Below are positions 17,314-26,756 of a stretch of 40,139 nucleotides of DNA, one piece after another; position 1 is the stretch's first letter, and the number at the start of each line of letters is the position of its first letter. The notes under the pieces are model-generated. The model searched no databases, was not told the DNA's origin, and saw nothing but the letters and a program-made list of their open reading frames with translations. The position numbers and the translations under genes were made by a program. Source of the DNA: Candidatus Bathyarchaeia archaeon (lineage in GTDB: Archaea; Thermoproteota; Bathyarchaeia; Bathyarchaeales; Bathycorpusculaceae); the NCBI GenBank assembly GCA_038883855.1, contig JAVZLH010000009.1:1-40139 (forward strand). The letters are read 5' to 3'.

Positions 17314-18678
17314 ATGATGGATAAATTCGACGTAATCGTGGTTGGTGCGGGAACAGCTGGTTGCCTAGCGGCGAAAACAACGGCTGAGGCAGGCTTAAAA
17401 GTCTGTTTGGTTGAGCGGAAAAGACGCGAGGAAATTGGAGAAAAAGTTTGTGGAGACGCTTTGGGCGAACGTCACTTGGAGGAGCTAAAACTGGAAAAAC
17501 CCCAGGGCGGCGAGTTGGAAAAAAGAATTGAGGGCATCAAAATTTATTCACCTGATTTAGAGACCATCTTCACAATTAAACATGAGGATTTTGTGGGCTA
17601 TTTGCTGAATAGACGACTTTTTGGACAATGGCTGCTCAAGAAGGCTTTGGATAAGGGTGCTGTGCTTTTCGACTCAACATTGTGTTTGAAACCAATAGTG
17701 GAAAAAAATTTTGTAACAGGAATTTTAGCCAGAAACCTTAAAAATGGCAAGAATGTTCAGTTGAAGAGCAAAGTCGTTGTTGACGCTAGCGGTTTCCTAG
17801 CAGTAGTTAGGAGAAAGCTTCCAGAAAACATGAAGATAGAAAATGAAATTGCAAATGAGGATGTGGAGGCGTGCTATCGCGAAATAAGAGAACTGAAACA
17901 GCAAGCTAGCGAAACAAGATACTGTGAGATATACCTAAACCAAACGGTAACGCCTGGCGGCTACACTTGGATTTTCCCGAAAAGCGGAGCAAAAGTTAAC
18001 GCTGGCTTAGGAGTTTGTATGCGGGAAAACTTTCCAAACCCGAAAGACCAATTCTACAAACATGTTTTAACAAGACCCGTATTTGAAGGTTCCCTGCTTC
18101 TGAACGGAGGCGCATGGTACGACCCCACCCGCAGACCCCTTGACAACATGGTTGGAAACGGAATCGCGGTGATAGGCGACGCCGCATGCCTAGTGAACCC
18201 CATCCACGGCGGCGGGATAGGGCCATCCATGCTTAGCGGCCACCTTGTTGGCAATACGATTGTTGAGGCTCTGAAAAAGGGCGACGTTAGCCAAAAGGCC
18301 CTCTGGCCCTACAACCTTAGGTACATGAAGGCTTATGGAACGAAACAGGCTGGACTTGACATTTTTCGTATGTTGCTTTTGACCTGCCAAGACGAAGATT
18401 TGAATTATGGAATGAAGTATAAACTGCTGACTGAAGAAGATGTTCTGAAAGCTGGTTTAGGCCAAGATTTCCAATTAAACATAACGGAGTCAGCTAAACG
18501 TGTTTTTAGAGGGTTAAAGAGGCTTAGGTTCCTTAATAGGCTTAGGCTTGCAGTTAATTTGATGCGGCAGGTTAAAATTCACTATCAAAGCTACCCGGAA
18601 ACTCCAGAAAATTTTGAGGCGTGGCGTGTTAAAACAGAGGCCTTGTTTAGAGAGGCCAGGTTGAAGCTTGTGAAGTGA
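17314..18678 (+). CDS. Geranylgeranyl reductase family (DGGGPL reductase-like)
   Basis: VVGAGTAG FAD motif, KVCGDA, PGGYTWIFP, GDAACLVNPIHGGGI. Confidence 0.9.
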   Translation: MMDKFDVIVVGAGTAGCLAAKTTAEAGLKVCLVERKRREEIGEKVCGDALGERHLEELKLEKPQGGELEKRIEGIKIYSPDLETIFTIKHEDFVGYLLNRRLFGQWLLKKALDKGAVLFDSTLCLKPIVEKNFVTGILARNLKNGKNVQLKSKVVVDASGFLAVVRRKLPENMKIENEIANEDVEACYREIRELKQQASETRYCEIYLNQTVTPGGYTWIFPKSGAKVNAGLGVCMRENFPNPKDQFYKHVLTRPVFEGSLLLNGGAWYDPTRRPLDNMVGNGIAVIGDAACLVNPIHGGGIGPSMLSGHLVGNTIVEALKKGDVSQKALWPYNLRYMKAYGTKQAGLDIFRMLLLTCQDEDLNYGMKYKLLTEEDVLKAGLGQDFQLNITESAKRVFRGLKRLRFLNRLRLAVNLMRQVKIHYQSYPETPENFEAWRVKTEALFREARLKLVK

Positions 18679-18707
18679 AAAGTAATCTTGGATTGAAGCG
18701 TGCTGCC

Positions 18708-19385
18708 ATGCGTCTTGCGGTTTTAGCCACTGGTGGAAAAGATTCAACTCTGGCGCTTTACCAAGTTCTCAAAGAAGGCTATGAAGTGAAGTGTCTTGTA
18801 GGCATGGTTCCCAAAAGAGAAGACAGCTGGATGTTCCATTACCCAAACATGCACTTAATTGACTTGTTCGCCGAGGCTGTTGGAATACCGCTTGTTAAAG
18901 CTGAAACGTCAGGAATTAAAGAAAGCGAGCTTGAAGACCTCAAAAGGCTTTTGGAGAAACTGGACATTGAAGGTGTTGTTTCAGGAGCGATAGCCTCCAA
19001 CTACCAGAAAACGAAAATAGAAAACATCTGCAACCAACTAGGATTAAATTGCATAACGCCTCTTTGGCAAAGAGACCAGCTGCAAATTTTAAAAGAAATT
19101 TTAGACCTCAAGTTTGAGGTTTTAATAACTGGGGTTTACGCTTATGGCTTTAGCAGAGAATGGCTTGGAAGAAGATTGGATGGGGCAACTGTGGAAGACT
19201 TGCTTAGGCTAAATAGGCAGTATGGTGTTTCACTGGCTGGCGAAGGAGGCGAATACGAAACTCTTGTGGTTGATGCGCCCTTCTTTAAGAAAAGAATAAG
19301 GATAGTTGAAGCGGAAAAGTTTTGGAAAGACTCAAGCGGCTACTTTCTAGTTAGGAAGGCAAAATTAGAAAACAAACGGTCGTGA
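18708..19385 (+). CDS. dph6: Diphthine-ammonia ligase / PP-loop ATPase
   Basis: TGGKDS PP-loop, SWMFH, GAIASNYQ, GEGGEYETLV; ATG 18708 preferred. Confidence 0.8.
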   Translation: MRLAVLATGGKDSTLALYQVLKEGYEVKCLVGMVPKREDSWMFHYPNMHLIDLFAEAVGIPLVKAETSGIKESELEDLKRLLEKLDIEGVVSGAIASNYQKTKIENICNQLGLNCITPLWQRDQLQILKEILDLKFEVLITGVYAYGFSREWLGRRLDGATVEDLLRLNRQYGVSLAGEGGEYETLVVDAPFFKKRIRIVEAEKFWKDSSGYFLVRKAKLENKRS

Positions 19386-19440
19386 AAAATAAGCGTGGTT
19401 GGGAAAAGTTTATTTTATCGCTTAATGCTATGAATCAGAA

Positions 19441-19515
19441 CCATGGGCGGAAAAGGTTTCCGCTGGGATGTGGCCTACAAAGGCTGAACCGTAAACAAAT
19501 GTGTGAGGTGAAAAA
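19441..19515 (+). promoter_or_regulatory. Structured 5' leader of rpl15e (candidate ribosomal-protein leader)
   Basis: T/A-rich box near 19408-19418; hairpins GCGGAAA-agg-TTTCCGC (19447-19463) and GCCT-acaa-AGGC (19473-19484); SD GAGGTGA. Confidence 0.4.
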
Positions 19516-20091
19516 TTGGCGTACAAGTATATTGCTGAGGCATGGTCAAAACCAGAAAAATCTTTCGTGGACGAGTTGATGCGCCAAAGACTGATAGAGT
19601 GGCGTAAGCAGCCGGCTATATGCCGAATTGAAAAGCCAACAAGGCTTGACAGAGCCAGAAAGTTAGGCTACAAAGCAAAGCAAGGCTTTATTGTTGTTAG
19701 GGTTCGTGTTAGGCGCGGCGGCTTGCGGAAGCAGAGGCCAAAGGCTGGAAGAAGACCGAAGCGTATGGGTGTTAAAAAGTTTAAGCCAGCTAAGAGTTTA
19801 AGGTTAATTGCTGAAGAAAGGGCTGCTAGAAAGTTTCCAAACCTTGAAGTTCTCAACTCTTACTGGGTAGGCGAAGACGGGCGTTCAAAATGGTTCGAAG
19901 TTTTGATGGTTGACCCAAATCACCCAGCCATTAAAGCGGACAAGGACATAAACTGGATTTGCCAAAAACAGCATCGCGGAAGAGTTTTCAGAGGATTAAC
20001 GAGTGCGGGTAAAAAGGTCAGGAGTTTGAGAAGGAAAGGAAAAGGCGCTGAAAAGTTTAGACCGAGCAAGAAAGCCGCCAAGGAAGAATAG
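19516..20091 (+). CDS. rpl15e: 50S ribosomal protein eL15
   Basis: [37 protein letters not shown]. Confidence 0.98.
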   Translation: MAYKYIAEAWSKPEKSFVDELMRQRLIEWRKQPAICRIEKPTRLDRARKLGYKAKQGFIVVRVRVRRGGLRKQRPKAGRRPKRMGVKKFKPAKSLRLIAEERAARKFPNLEVLNSYWVGEDGRSKWFEVLMVDPNHPAIKADKDINWICQKQHRGRVFRGLTSAGKKVRSLRRKGKGAEKFRPSKKAAKEE

Positions 20092-20095
20092 CGCC

Positions 20096-20329
20096 ATGAG
20101 GATTGCTGAGCCTAAAGTGCTTAAAACTGGTGGAAAACAGCGTTTTGGTAGAGGATTTAGTCAAGAAGAGCTTAAAGAAGCTGGGCTAACGCAAAAAGAA
20201 GCCAGAAGACTGGGTATACCTGTGGATGTTAGGCGTAAGACTGTTCACGAGGAAAATGTTAAAGCTGTTGAGGCTATGTTGGAGAATTTAAAGAAGGCTT
20301 CTAATATGAAGGGAATATCTAAAAGCTAA
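20096..20329 (+). CDS. rpl13e: 50S ribosomal protein eL13
   Basis: [16 protein letters not shown]...[11 protein letters not shown]. Confidence 0.92.
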   Translation: MRIAEPKVLKTGGKQRFGRGFSQEELKEAGLTQKEARRLGIPVDVRRKTVHEENVKAVEAMLENLKKASNMKGISKS

Positions 20330-20360
20330 ACTGGCACATAGTTGATGATGTGATGCTGTT

Positions 20361-20804
20361 TTGGCTTCTAAAGCTCCAATAGCCTATATTGATGTTCGAG
20401 TCTTTGCTCATGCAACAGAAGAGGTTGACAAGGTTTTAAAAGCCGTCTACAATGTGCTTCCAGAATCCGCTGTTGAAGCCGTCCTTTTTAAAAAAAGGAG
20501 TTTAATTGGTCATCATGGAAATCCCATAATTCTCTTCGAAACGAGGTTAAAGGGTGAATTGGCTCAAAAGTTTTTTGAGAAGCTTTCTTCTGGTTTAGGC
20601 AGTTTAGATAAGGAACAGTTAAGCGGCGAAATTAAGCGGCACATTGAAAAGGGAACCCTTTACTTGAGGCTTGACAAGCAGTCTGCTTACTTGAACGAAA
20701 TTAGACTTTGTCAAACAGACCCAATACATTTCCGCGTTCACTTCAAAAAACCAAATCCAGAAGAAATTGTTGAAGTTTGCAGAAAATTCGGGTTAATTCC
20801 ATGA
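20361..20804 (+). CDS. Predicted RNA-binding protein of the exosome/RNase P gene cluster
   Basis: HATEEVDKV, GHHGNPI, LYLRLDKQ; conserved position between rpl15e and rpp30. Confidence 0.85.
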   Translation: MASKAPIAYIDVRVFAHATEEVDKVLKAVYNVLPESAVEAVLFKKRSLIGHHGNPIILFETRLKGELAQKFFEKLSSGLGSLDKEQLSGEIKRHIEKGTLYLRLDKQSAYLNEIRLCQTDPIHFRVHFKKPNPEEIVEVCRKFGLIP

Positions 20805-21535
20805 AGAAAGCTTTTGCAGACCTGCACTTGTGCCCAAACCTTAAAGAATTTGACCAAACTGCGCGTTTAGTTGATAAAGCCGCGGTGCTTGGATACCGCC
20901 TAATAGCAGTAGCCTTCCAAGCAAACTCTAGGGAAGAGGATATTCAAAAAGTGCATAACCTTTGCCAAGAAAAAGGCATGGATTTAGCTACTCGAGTAGA
21001 CTTAAAGCCTAGAACGCCAAAGGAACTAATTGGCTATTTAAGAAAGGTTAGGCGAAGATTTGAGCTTGTGGCTGTGGTTTGCGACTCCAAGAATGTTGCG
21101 CGGCAAGCAGCTAAAGACCACCGTGTGGACCTGCTCAACTTTCCTTCTCACGATTTTCGTAAAAGATTTTTTGACATGGCAGAGGCCGAGCTGGCTTCAG
21201 GTGCTTCTGCAGCCCTAGAAATAGACATGAAACCATTGTTGACTCTTGAAGGAACCGCGCGTGTTAGGCTTCTGTCATTTTTGCGGAGGGAAGCAGCCAT
21301 AGCCAAAAATTTTCACGTTCCAATAGTGGTTTCAAGCGGAGTCCAAAACGAGCTGTTCATGCGGAAACCAAGAGAACTAGCTTCTCTAGCACAGCTTTTT
21401 GACTTGGACATGGCTGAAGCTCTAAACGCCGTTTCTAAAACTCCATTCGCCATTGTTAAGCGGAACAGGGAGAAACTGAGCCCAAACTTTGTTGCTCCCG
21501 GCATCCGCATAGTTAAGAGAGGCAAGGATTGTTGA
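20801..21535 (+). CDS. rnp3: RNase P protein Rpp30
   Basis: ADLH, ARQAAKDHRVDLL, PIVVSSG...MRKPREL; operon context. Confidence 0.9.
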   Translation: MKKAFADLHLCPNLKEFDQTARLVDKAAVLGYRLIAVAFQANSREEDIQKVHNLCQEKGMDLATRVDLKPRTPKELIGYLRKVRRRFELVAVVCDSKNVARQAAKDHRVDLLNFPSHDFRKRFFDMAEAELASGASAALEIDMKPLLTLEGTARVRLLSFLRREAAIAKNFHVPIVVSSGVQNELFMRKPRELASLAQLFDLDMAEALNAVSKTPFAIVKRNREKLSPNFVAPGIRIVKRGKDC

Positions 21536-21849
21536 AGAAGGTTAGACGCCGCTATTTAGCCTTAAAAATCGATTCGCCGGAAACTTTTGAAGCGAAAGAG
21601 TTTATGGACGCTGTTTGGAGTGCTATCCTAAAACTTTATGGGGAGTATGGCGCAAGCAAAACTGGTTTAATACTTATTGATTATAATGTTGAGGGGAAAA
21701 CTGCCGTAATACGCGCGGCGCATGAGACGCTTACCATGGTTAGAGCAGCAATAGCCACAATAACGCAAATAAACAATAAGCCGGCAGCCCTACATGTGGT
21801 TGCAGTTTCTGGAACAATAAAGGCAATATACAAAAAATTAAAGACTTAA
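21529..21849 (+). CDS. rnp2: RNase P protein Pop5/Rpp14
   Basis: RRRYL, LYGEYGAS, VSGTIK. Confidence 0.9.
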   Translation: MLKKVRRRYLALKIDSPETFEAKEFMDAVWSAILKLYGEYGASKTGLILIDYNVEGKTAVIRAAHETLTMVRAAIATITQINNKPAALHVVAVSGTIKAIYKKLKT

Positions 21850-21942
21850 CATTACAAACAATAACTCGTAAAGGTAAAATAGCTAGTCAAAGACCATTGA
21901 TTAGGCAAAATCTTTATCCGTTTAGTAAAGCCTCAGTTCTGT

Positions 21943-22008
21943 GGGGGATGATGATGCCGTCCCAGTCTGAGCTTAGTGCGAATGAGGAACTCATGACGGA
22001 CAGACCCC
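21943..22008 (+). ncRNA. Box C/D methylation-guide sRNA
   Basis: GGGG..CCCC terminal stem; box C ATGATGA 21948-21954, 12-nt guide, D' CTGA 21967-21970, C' ATGAGGA 21982-21988, 12-nt guide, D CAGA 22001-22004. Confidence 0.85.
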
Positions 22009-22011
22009 TTA

Positions 22012-22725
22012 TTAAAGACGGAAACGCGCTTCCCGTGCCCTCTTTCTCTTAAGCCCGAAAGCCAAAGCGAGAATCATTCCAGCGGCAAATCCGCCTATAT
22101 GCGCCCAGTAGGCGACGCCGCTTAAGCCTTTAAAAAATATTATGTCATACATTCCAAGAATCCATTGCATCAAAAACCAGATTCCAAGAAAAATGAAGGC
22201 CGGTATGGGCACAAGCACCACCCAACCATAAACAACCAGTGTTAAGATTCTAGCTTTTGGATAAAGCACAAAATAAGCGCCTAAAACTCCAGAAATTGCT
22301 CCAGAAGCCCCAACAACAGGCACTTCATACAGTAGTGGATTATTTAGGCTTGAAATACTCATTATGTGTGCGGCGCTTGCCGCCAAACCACAGAGGAGAT
22401 AAAAAATCAAGTAGCCAACGTGCCCAAACACATCTTCCACATTATCGCCGAAAACATAGAGGTAAAGCATGTTCCCAAAAAGATGAACCAGCCCAGCGTG
22501 CAAAAACATGGAAGTGAAAAGCGTGTAAAACCTTTCAGTCTTAAATTCAATAATGTCTATTGGTGTAAGCGGAAAGTTTCTTTCCATATTCGCCGCGATT
22601 TCCTCGCTTATAAAACCATAATAGGAAAGCCACATAAGCACAAAAACAGCAATGTTGACAATTATCAAAATTCTTGTAACAAGAGGTTTTGAAAAAGACT
22701 TATTTAAATCTCTAATGGGAAACAA
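22012..22725 (-). CDS. Rhomboid intramembrane serine protease
   Basis: TSMFLHAG..HLFGNM, VGASGAISG, VAYWAHIGGF. Confidence 0.95.
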   Translation of the reverse strand: MFPIRDLNKSFSKPLVTRILIIVNIAVFVLMWLSYYGFISEEIAANMERNFPLTPIDIIEFKTERFYTLFTSMFLHAGLVHLFGNMLYLYVFGDNVEDVFGHVGYLIFYLLCGLAASAAHIMSISSLNNPLLYEVPVVGASGAISGVLGAYFVLYPKARILTLVVYGWVVLVPIPAFIFLGIWFLMQWILGMYDIIFFKGLSGVAYWAHIGGFAAGMILALAFGLKRKRAREARFRL

Positions 22726-22818
22726 TCACGGCTCACAAAACCCGATTTAAAGCCCAAAAATTATATTTAACTTTCGGTTTTGGAAGAACAGAGAAAACTC
22801 AGAAACTCGCGTACATGT

Positions 22819-23217
22819 CTAAAAAGCCAAGCACTCAATCATTTTCTCGCACGTAAGACAATCGTCAGGTATCGGCGTGTCTTTTGAGCGTCTCCTCAAA
22901 TATCCCAAGAAGTGAGCGCATTTAACATCATCAGACTTTGGAATTTCTTTCGGCTTAGCCTTCTCTCTAGCTGAATGCTCTTCTTCCCTTTTTTCTTCGC
23001 CCCTTGACTCCTTAACGAGATCCACTTTTGTCAAACATCTTGGGCACGCAAAATATCTTTGAGTGCTGTATGCGGAAGAGACTGTCGCTAAAAGAGGCTT
23101 TTGAAATTCTTCTCCACACCGTTCACATTTGAAGCGCAAAAGGTTTTCCATATCATGGTAACTTTCCCCTTGTATCTTCATTAAAGTTGTTGTTTTTTCC
23201 ATCTTATGCCTCCACAC
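22819..23217 (-). CDS. Hypothetical zinc-finger protein
   Basis: CERC...CPRC and CAH..GYL...CLTC...C clusters. Confidence 0.7.
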   Translation of the reverse strand: MWRHKMEKTTTLMKIQGESYHDMENLLRFKCERCGEEFQKPLLATVSSAYSTQRYFACPRCLTKVDLVKESRGEEKREEEHSAREKAKPKEIPKSDDVKCAHFLGYLRRRSKDTPIPDDCLTCEKMIECLAF

Positions 23218-23277
23218 TCATATTGAATATTGATATTTAATAAATCTTTTCGTGTATGCGTTTAACAAAAAGACAAA

Positions 23278-23351
23278 TGGGCCCGCCCGGATTCGAACCA
23301 GGGACCTTCGCCGCGTGAGGGCGACGTCCTAACCAACTAGACTACGGGCCC
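23278..23351 (-). tRNA. tRNA-Val(CAC), no intron, CCA not encoded
   Basis: GGGCCCG acceptor stem, TCGCC-CT-CAC-GC-GGCGA anticodon arm, GGTTCGAATCC T arm. Confidence 0.97.
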
Positions 23352-23453
23352 CTGATGGCATTACACATGCTAATCTTTGCTGGATTTCTAATATTTATTC
23401 ACTCTTCATAAAACCTTTCCTTTAACTTGGATAGAAGCAATATTGTGGTTAGG

Positions 23454-23579
23454 TTGAATACTTTAGAAAATGATGAAGGCTTCGAAGAAGACCGAACAAT
23501 CAGCGTTGTTTTGCTAGTTTTGTGTTTTTTCACATGCGCATTCATCGGGTACTTCTTGACAAATTACTTGGGCTTTTAG
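23454..23579 (+). CDS. Small single-TM protein (41 aa)
   Basis: Manual translation MNTLENDEGFEEDRTISVVLLVLCFFTCAFIGYFLTNYLGF; stop overlaps the convergent ORF stop. Confidence 0.45.
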   Translation: MNTLENDEGFEEDRTISVVLLVLCFFTCAFIGYFLTNYLGF

Positions 23580-23743
23580 ACGTCATCTTCTTTTAACTTG
23601 ATTTCCCTAACTTCTTTAACCCATGGCATCGAAACAATGTCTTCCCTAAACCACTGAACAAGGTCATCAACTATTTTCTTGTTTGAACTTCCAACGCTTT
23701 CTTCAATCAGCTCAACAGTTATAAGGACAATTTTCCTCTTCAT
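23576..23743 (-). CDS. Small hypothetical protein
   Basis: MKRKIVLITVELIEES...MPWVKEV; GGTGAAGG upstream of ATG 23743. Confidence 0.6.
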   Translation of the reverse strand: MKRKIVLITVELIEESVGSSNKKIVDDLVQWFREDIVSMPWVKEVREIKLKEDDV

Positions 23744-23978
23744 ACAACATTCCTTCACCCTAATAGGCACGCACCCCAAATATTAAAAGGATGTTCCCCC
23801 TTCGATTTATCACAAGTTAAGATTCGGAATCAGAATCTATAAAACATTATTTCATAGAGCTTTCCACCCAAACCAACCACCATATAACTTGTAAAGTAGA
23901 TAAACCCGCATCTCCACAAAATCCCAGCTAAAACTCAGAAAACTTTAAAACGCGTTTCTCCTTCTCAATTTAACACAG

Positions 23979-24052
23979 GCCGAGGTAGCTCAGCCTGGGA
24001 GAGCGCCCGGCTGAAGACCGGGTTGTCGCCGGTTCAAACCCGGCCCTCGGCA
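23979..24052 (+). tRNA. tRNA-Phe(GAA), no intron, CCA not encoded
   Basis: GCCGAGG/CCTCGGC acceptor stem, CCCGG-CT-GAA-GA-CCGGG anticodon arm, GGTTCAAACCC T arm, T-run after. Confidence 0.97.
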
Positions 24053-24077
24053 TTTTTGGATGGGCCCGCGGCATGGT

Positions 24078-24168
24078 TTATTTGCGCTTGCGGAAAATAG
24101 AATGTTACCTTGTCTTTGGGAGACAAATTCAAAGTCGGTTTCTATAAGTTTTTGTATCTCGCTTGGGG
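24078..24168 (-). pseudogene. Probable C-terminal remnant of a tyrosine integrase
   Basis: SEIQKLIETDFEFV...(frameshift)FRKRK-stop, resembling the LIExGFEYV...FRKRK tail I recall from TACK-archaeal integrases; adjacent to tRNA 3' end. Confidence 0.5.
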
Positions 24169-24561
24169 GTGGTGGAAAGTGAAGACTAGTTCCAAGACCT
24201 TATCTAGAATATGGAACCCTAAAAGTTACGTTCCTAATATTCACTAATGGCAAGCTAGTTTACGCATCTCTCATTTATATTATCTGATTTCATTTTCAAA
24301 TTTGGTCCTATACCAATCCTGAAAAATTTAAGCCTCCTTAACATAAAAGTTCTAGTTTTTGAGATTCAAAGTTATATTTTCAAAACGCGCGTTTTCTTTT
24401 AACGTTATTAACGGAAGAGCGGAATTTATCAGAATGGAGACTTTGTTTTGAAATATTTTTGAGCTAATTTTAAGCGTTAAAAACGCTTTATTGGCTTTTT
24501 ATCAGCTTTTAAAGGATTTGCCTAAAATGGGAAAGTGGAGCTTGCTAATTGTTTTTAGGAT

Positions 24562-24873
24562 TTACTTTTTTGCTGCCGCTGTGGCTTTTTTAATTGATTC
24601 TATAGTTTGATCAACTGTCAATACTGGCACTACTTCAAAGTGAGCGAAGGGTATCCATTTAAGCAAGCGGGTAAATAGTTCCGCTTCATTTACTGCCTCA
24701 TTAACTGAGTATCCGTAATCTCCTCCGGCAGCTATTCCCCAGTCCTTAGTTACGCCTGTATTCAAGTCTGCCTTAACCATCTCAAGCATTGACAACCAAC
24801 CCTTAACCCTCTGCTCAGCGTCAACAGGCACTTTAGTCGGCTCCAACCACCACTTCACATAGAATTTGGGCAT
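24562..24873 (-). CDS. DUF3303-like small protein
   Basis: Strong SD GGAGGTGA; DWG...GY...WIPF..FEVVPVLT pattern. Confidence 0.65.
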   Translation of the reverse strand: MPKFYVKWWLEPTKVPVDAEQRVKGWLSMLEMVKADLNTGVTKDWGIAAGGDYGYSVNEAVNEAELFTRLLKWIPFAHFEVVPVLTVDQTIESIKKATAAAKK

Positions 24874-25374
24874 TTCACGTTCACCTCCTCTTTTCTGTCA
24901 TGGTTTCCAGCGTCGGAGTTTAACCCGCCAACAAATAAAGAAAGCCGTCTTATTGCTCGCTTTAAAAGCTAGCCGGTTAACTTAAATTACGAATTCTTCT
25001 CCTAATAAGACTTGTGGTAAACGCTCAAAAGATTAACCAATTTCAGCAACTTATCAGAACAGACAAGGTTATTCTTTCTCAAGTCGATTTAACGCGGAGT
25101 GAATTGATTTCGAGCTTCTTTTAATGTCTCCCAATAAAATAATATTAGCTAGTTAGTTAACCAAAAGTTTTTAGATTGCGATTATTTGGTTTAGATTTAG
25201 GACGATTTCCGCGATGTCGCTTGCGTAGCTACAGGTTCGTTGGCATGTGCTGAAGTGACGTACCATTGGCCTTCACAGTAAAATACCATAAGCAGAAACG
25301 ATAAACTATCTATAAGCAGTTGTTGGACGACACCTCAAAAACTGAGTCAAGTTAAACTCTTGCGCATATTCTTG

Positions 25375-25690
25375 GAATTTTCAGATGGAAAACGTGTTTG
25401 AAATAGAAGGCAGCTAAAGCGCTGAGCATTAGAAGAATGCTAATTATTATTTGGGTTCGGGTATCACTTGAAGGCAAATATGCCTATTGCTTTAATGTCG
25501 TATGTTCCAATAATTAAAGGTGGAGAACAAGTAAGGTGTTGGGAAACCCTCTTCAGCGTCTGTAGATACATCAACGCTTGCTACAGCATTGGTTGGGGTA
25601 AGATTTAAGCCGTCTCGAATAATCTAGACTGTTACCGACGTGTTTTCGGAAATCCTTGGCCTCTTACATAAACCTCTTCACCTCGCAGAA
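25375..25690 (-). pseudogene. Degraded cell-surface protein gene, paralogous to 27396-27968
   Basis: Broken frames give EEVYVRGQGFP / TV*IIRDG / IIGTYDI / VIPEP + hydrophobic helix + FYFKH. Confidence 0.65.
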
Positions 25691-25810
25691 ATGTGCAAAC
25701 TTGAGCGGGATTAACGGGTATGACCCAGGCCCGTCCAGTAAACCATCATTATCACTGTCAACTTGAACACGTGTCAAAAACCATTGAACTGACAAGCAGC
25801 AATCCCAAGG

Positions 25811-26596
25811 TTATATGGGTATTGGATGTCGCTTGTAGAGTCTGTAGCCGACCATGATTAACGTGGCTATTATTGTCCATGGGATTACCATGCGTACGGC
25901 TGTTGCGTTTACGCTGTGAACGTTTATTTGTGTTGGGTCGTGTGTTAAGAAAACTGCGCTGAAGGTGAATACTGCGATTGTTAAAGCGCTCAGAGCATCC
26001 ATTACTGTTTCTTTTTGTTGAGCGGGTTTAATGGCCTGTTTTGGAATCGTCTTTTTGAATATTAGCGCTGTTAAAACCGCTATTATGGCAATTATCATGT
26101 AGGCTTGCGGGTGGATTTGTGGAGCTTGAGGCGTATTTATTTGGATGCTTATGCGGAAAAGCAACCCCGCAAAAACAAGTGTTAGGAATAAGGCTGTTTT
26201 TTGTGGACGTGAAAGCAGCGTGTGGTTCCAGTCTCGTGGAAAAAGGCGGGTTGCAATATAAAAGGTTAGGACGCCTTGAATCATGCCCCACCAGCAAAAA
26301 TTGATAAAGAAAAACGCGGTCCAGTTTATGCCAAGCGCTTGCGGGTCAACGAACTGGGTTGCGGGCATGAAAAGTGTGAAAACCGTTCCGAAAAAGAACC
26401 CTGCGATTACTATGTTATAGTCTTTTAAGCGATATTTTGTTATCAAGTCTTCAAGCAACGCAAAATAGGGAAAATAAACCGCGAATAGGAACGGTGGCAA
26501 TAAGGGACGCAAAACTAGGTCGTTTATGCCACGCATGGAATATTCAAAGAGTAAATTGAAGCCCGTAGCGGCAAACACGATGCTCCAGCGGTTCAA
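25811..26596 (-). CDS. Hypothetical polytopic membrane protein
   Basis: 261-aa ORF with about 8 hydrophobic segments. Confidence 0.75.
   Translation of the reverse strand: MNRWSIVFAATGFNLLFEYSMRGINDLVLRPLLPPFLFAVYFPYFALLEDLITKYRLKDYNIVIAGFFFGTVFTLFMPATQFVDPQALGINWTAFFFINFCWWGMIQGVLTFYIATRLFPRDWNHTLLSRPQKTALFLTLVFAGLLFRISIQINTPQAPQIHPQAYMIIAIIAVLTALIFKKTIPKQAIKPAQQKETVMDALSALTIAVFTFSAVFLTHDPTQINVHSVNATAVRMVIPWTIIATLIMVGYRLYKRHPIPI
26532..26573. repeat. 42-bp direct repeat, copy 1 (copy 2 at 29674-29715)
   Basis: CGCATGGAATATTCAAAGAGTAAATTGAAGCCCGT(A/T)GCGGCA, 41/42 identical. Confidence 0.95.
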
Positions 26597-26756
26597 GCTT
26601 AACTACACCCCTTTCCTATAGTTATACATGTCCCTTTATTAATGAGTGCTTGTTAAAAGTTTACAATTACAGTTTATCGTTTTAAGTTAAATTTTCGTTA
26701 AATATACGGCAAAATTAATATAGGATAATCGTCGAGTAGATTCGGAGAGTATTATA

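Noticed and set aside
21943-22008. Fluoride riboswitch or RNase P RNA
   Set aside because: No downstream co-oriented gene, too short for RNase P RNA, and the C/D box layout explains it fully
24060-24069. 10-bp match ATGGGCCCGC to the tRNA-Val 3' end as an att site
   Set aside because: Too short and lies upstream of tRNA-Val, the wrong side for a 3'-end integration duplicate
25195-25300. Minus-strand FTVKANGNVT segment resembling a radical SAM SPASM fragment
   Set aside because: Too short and lacks the cysteines needed to support it
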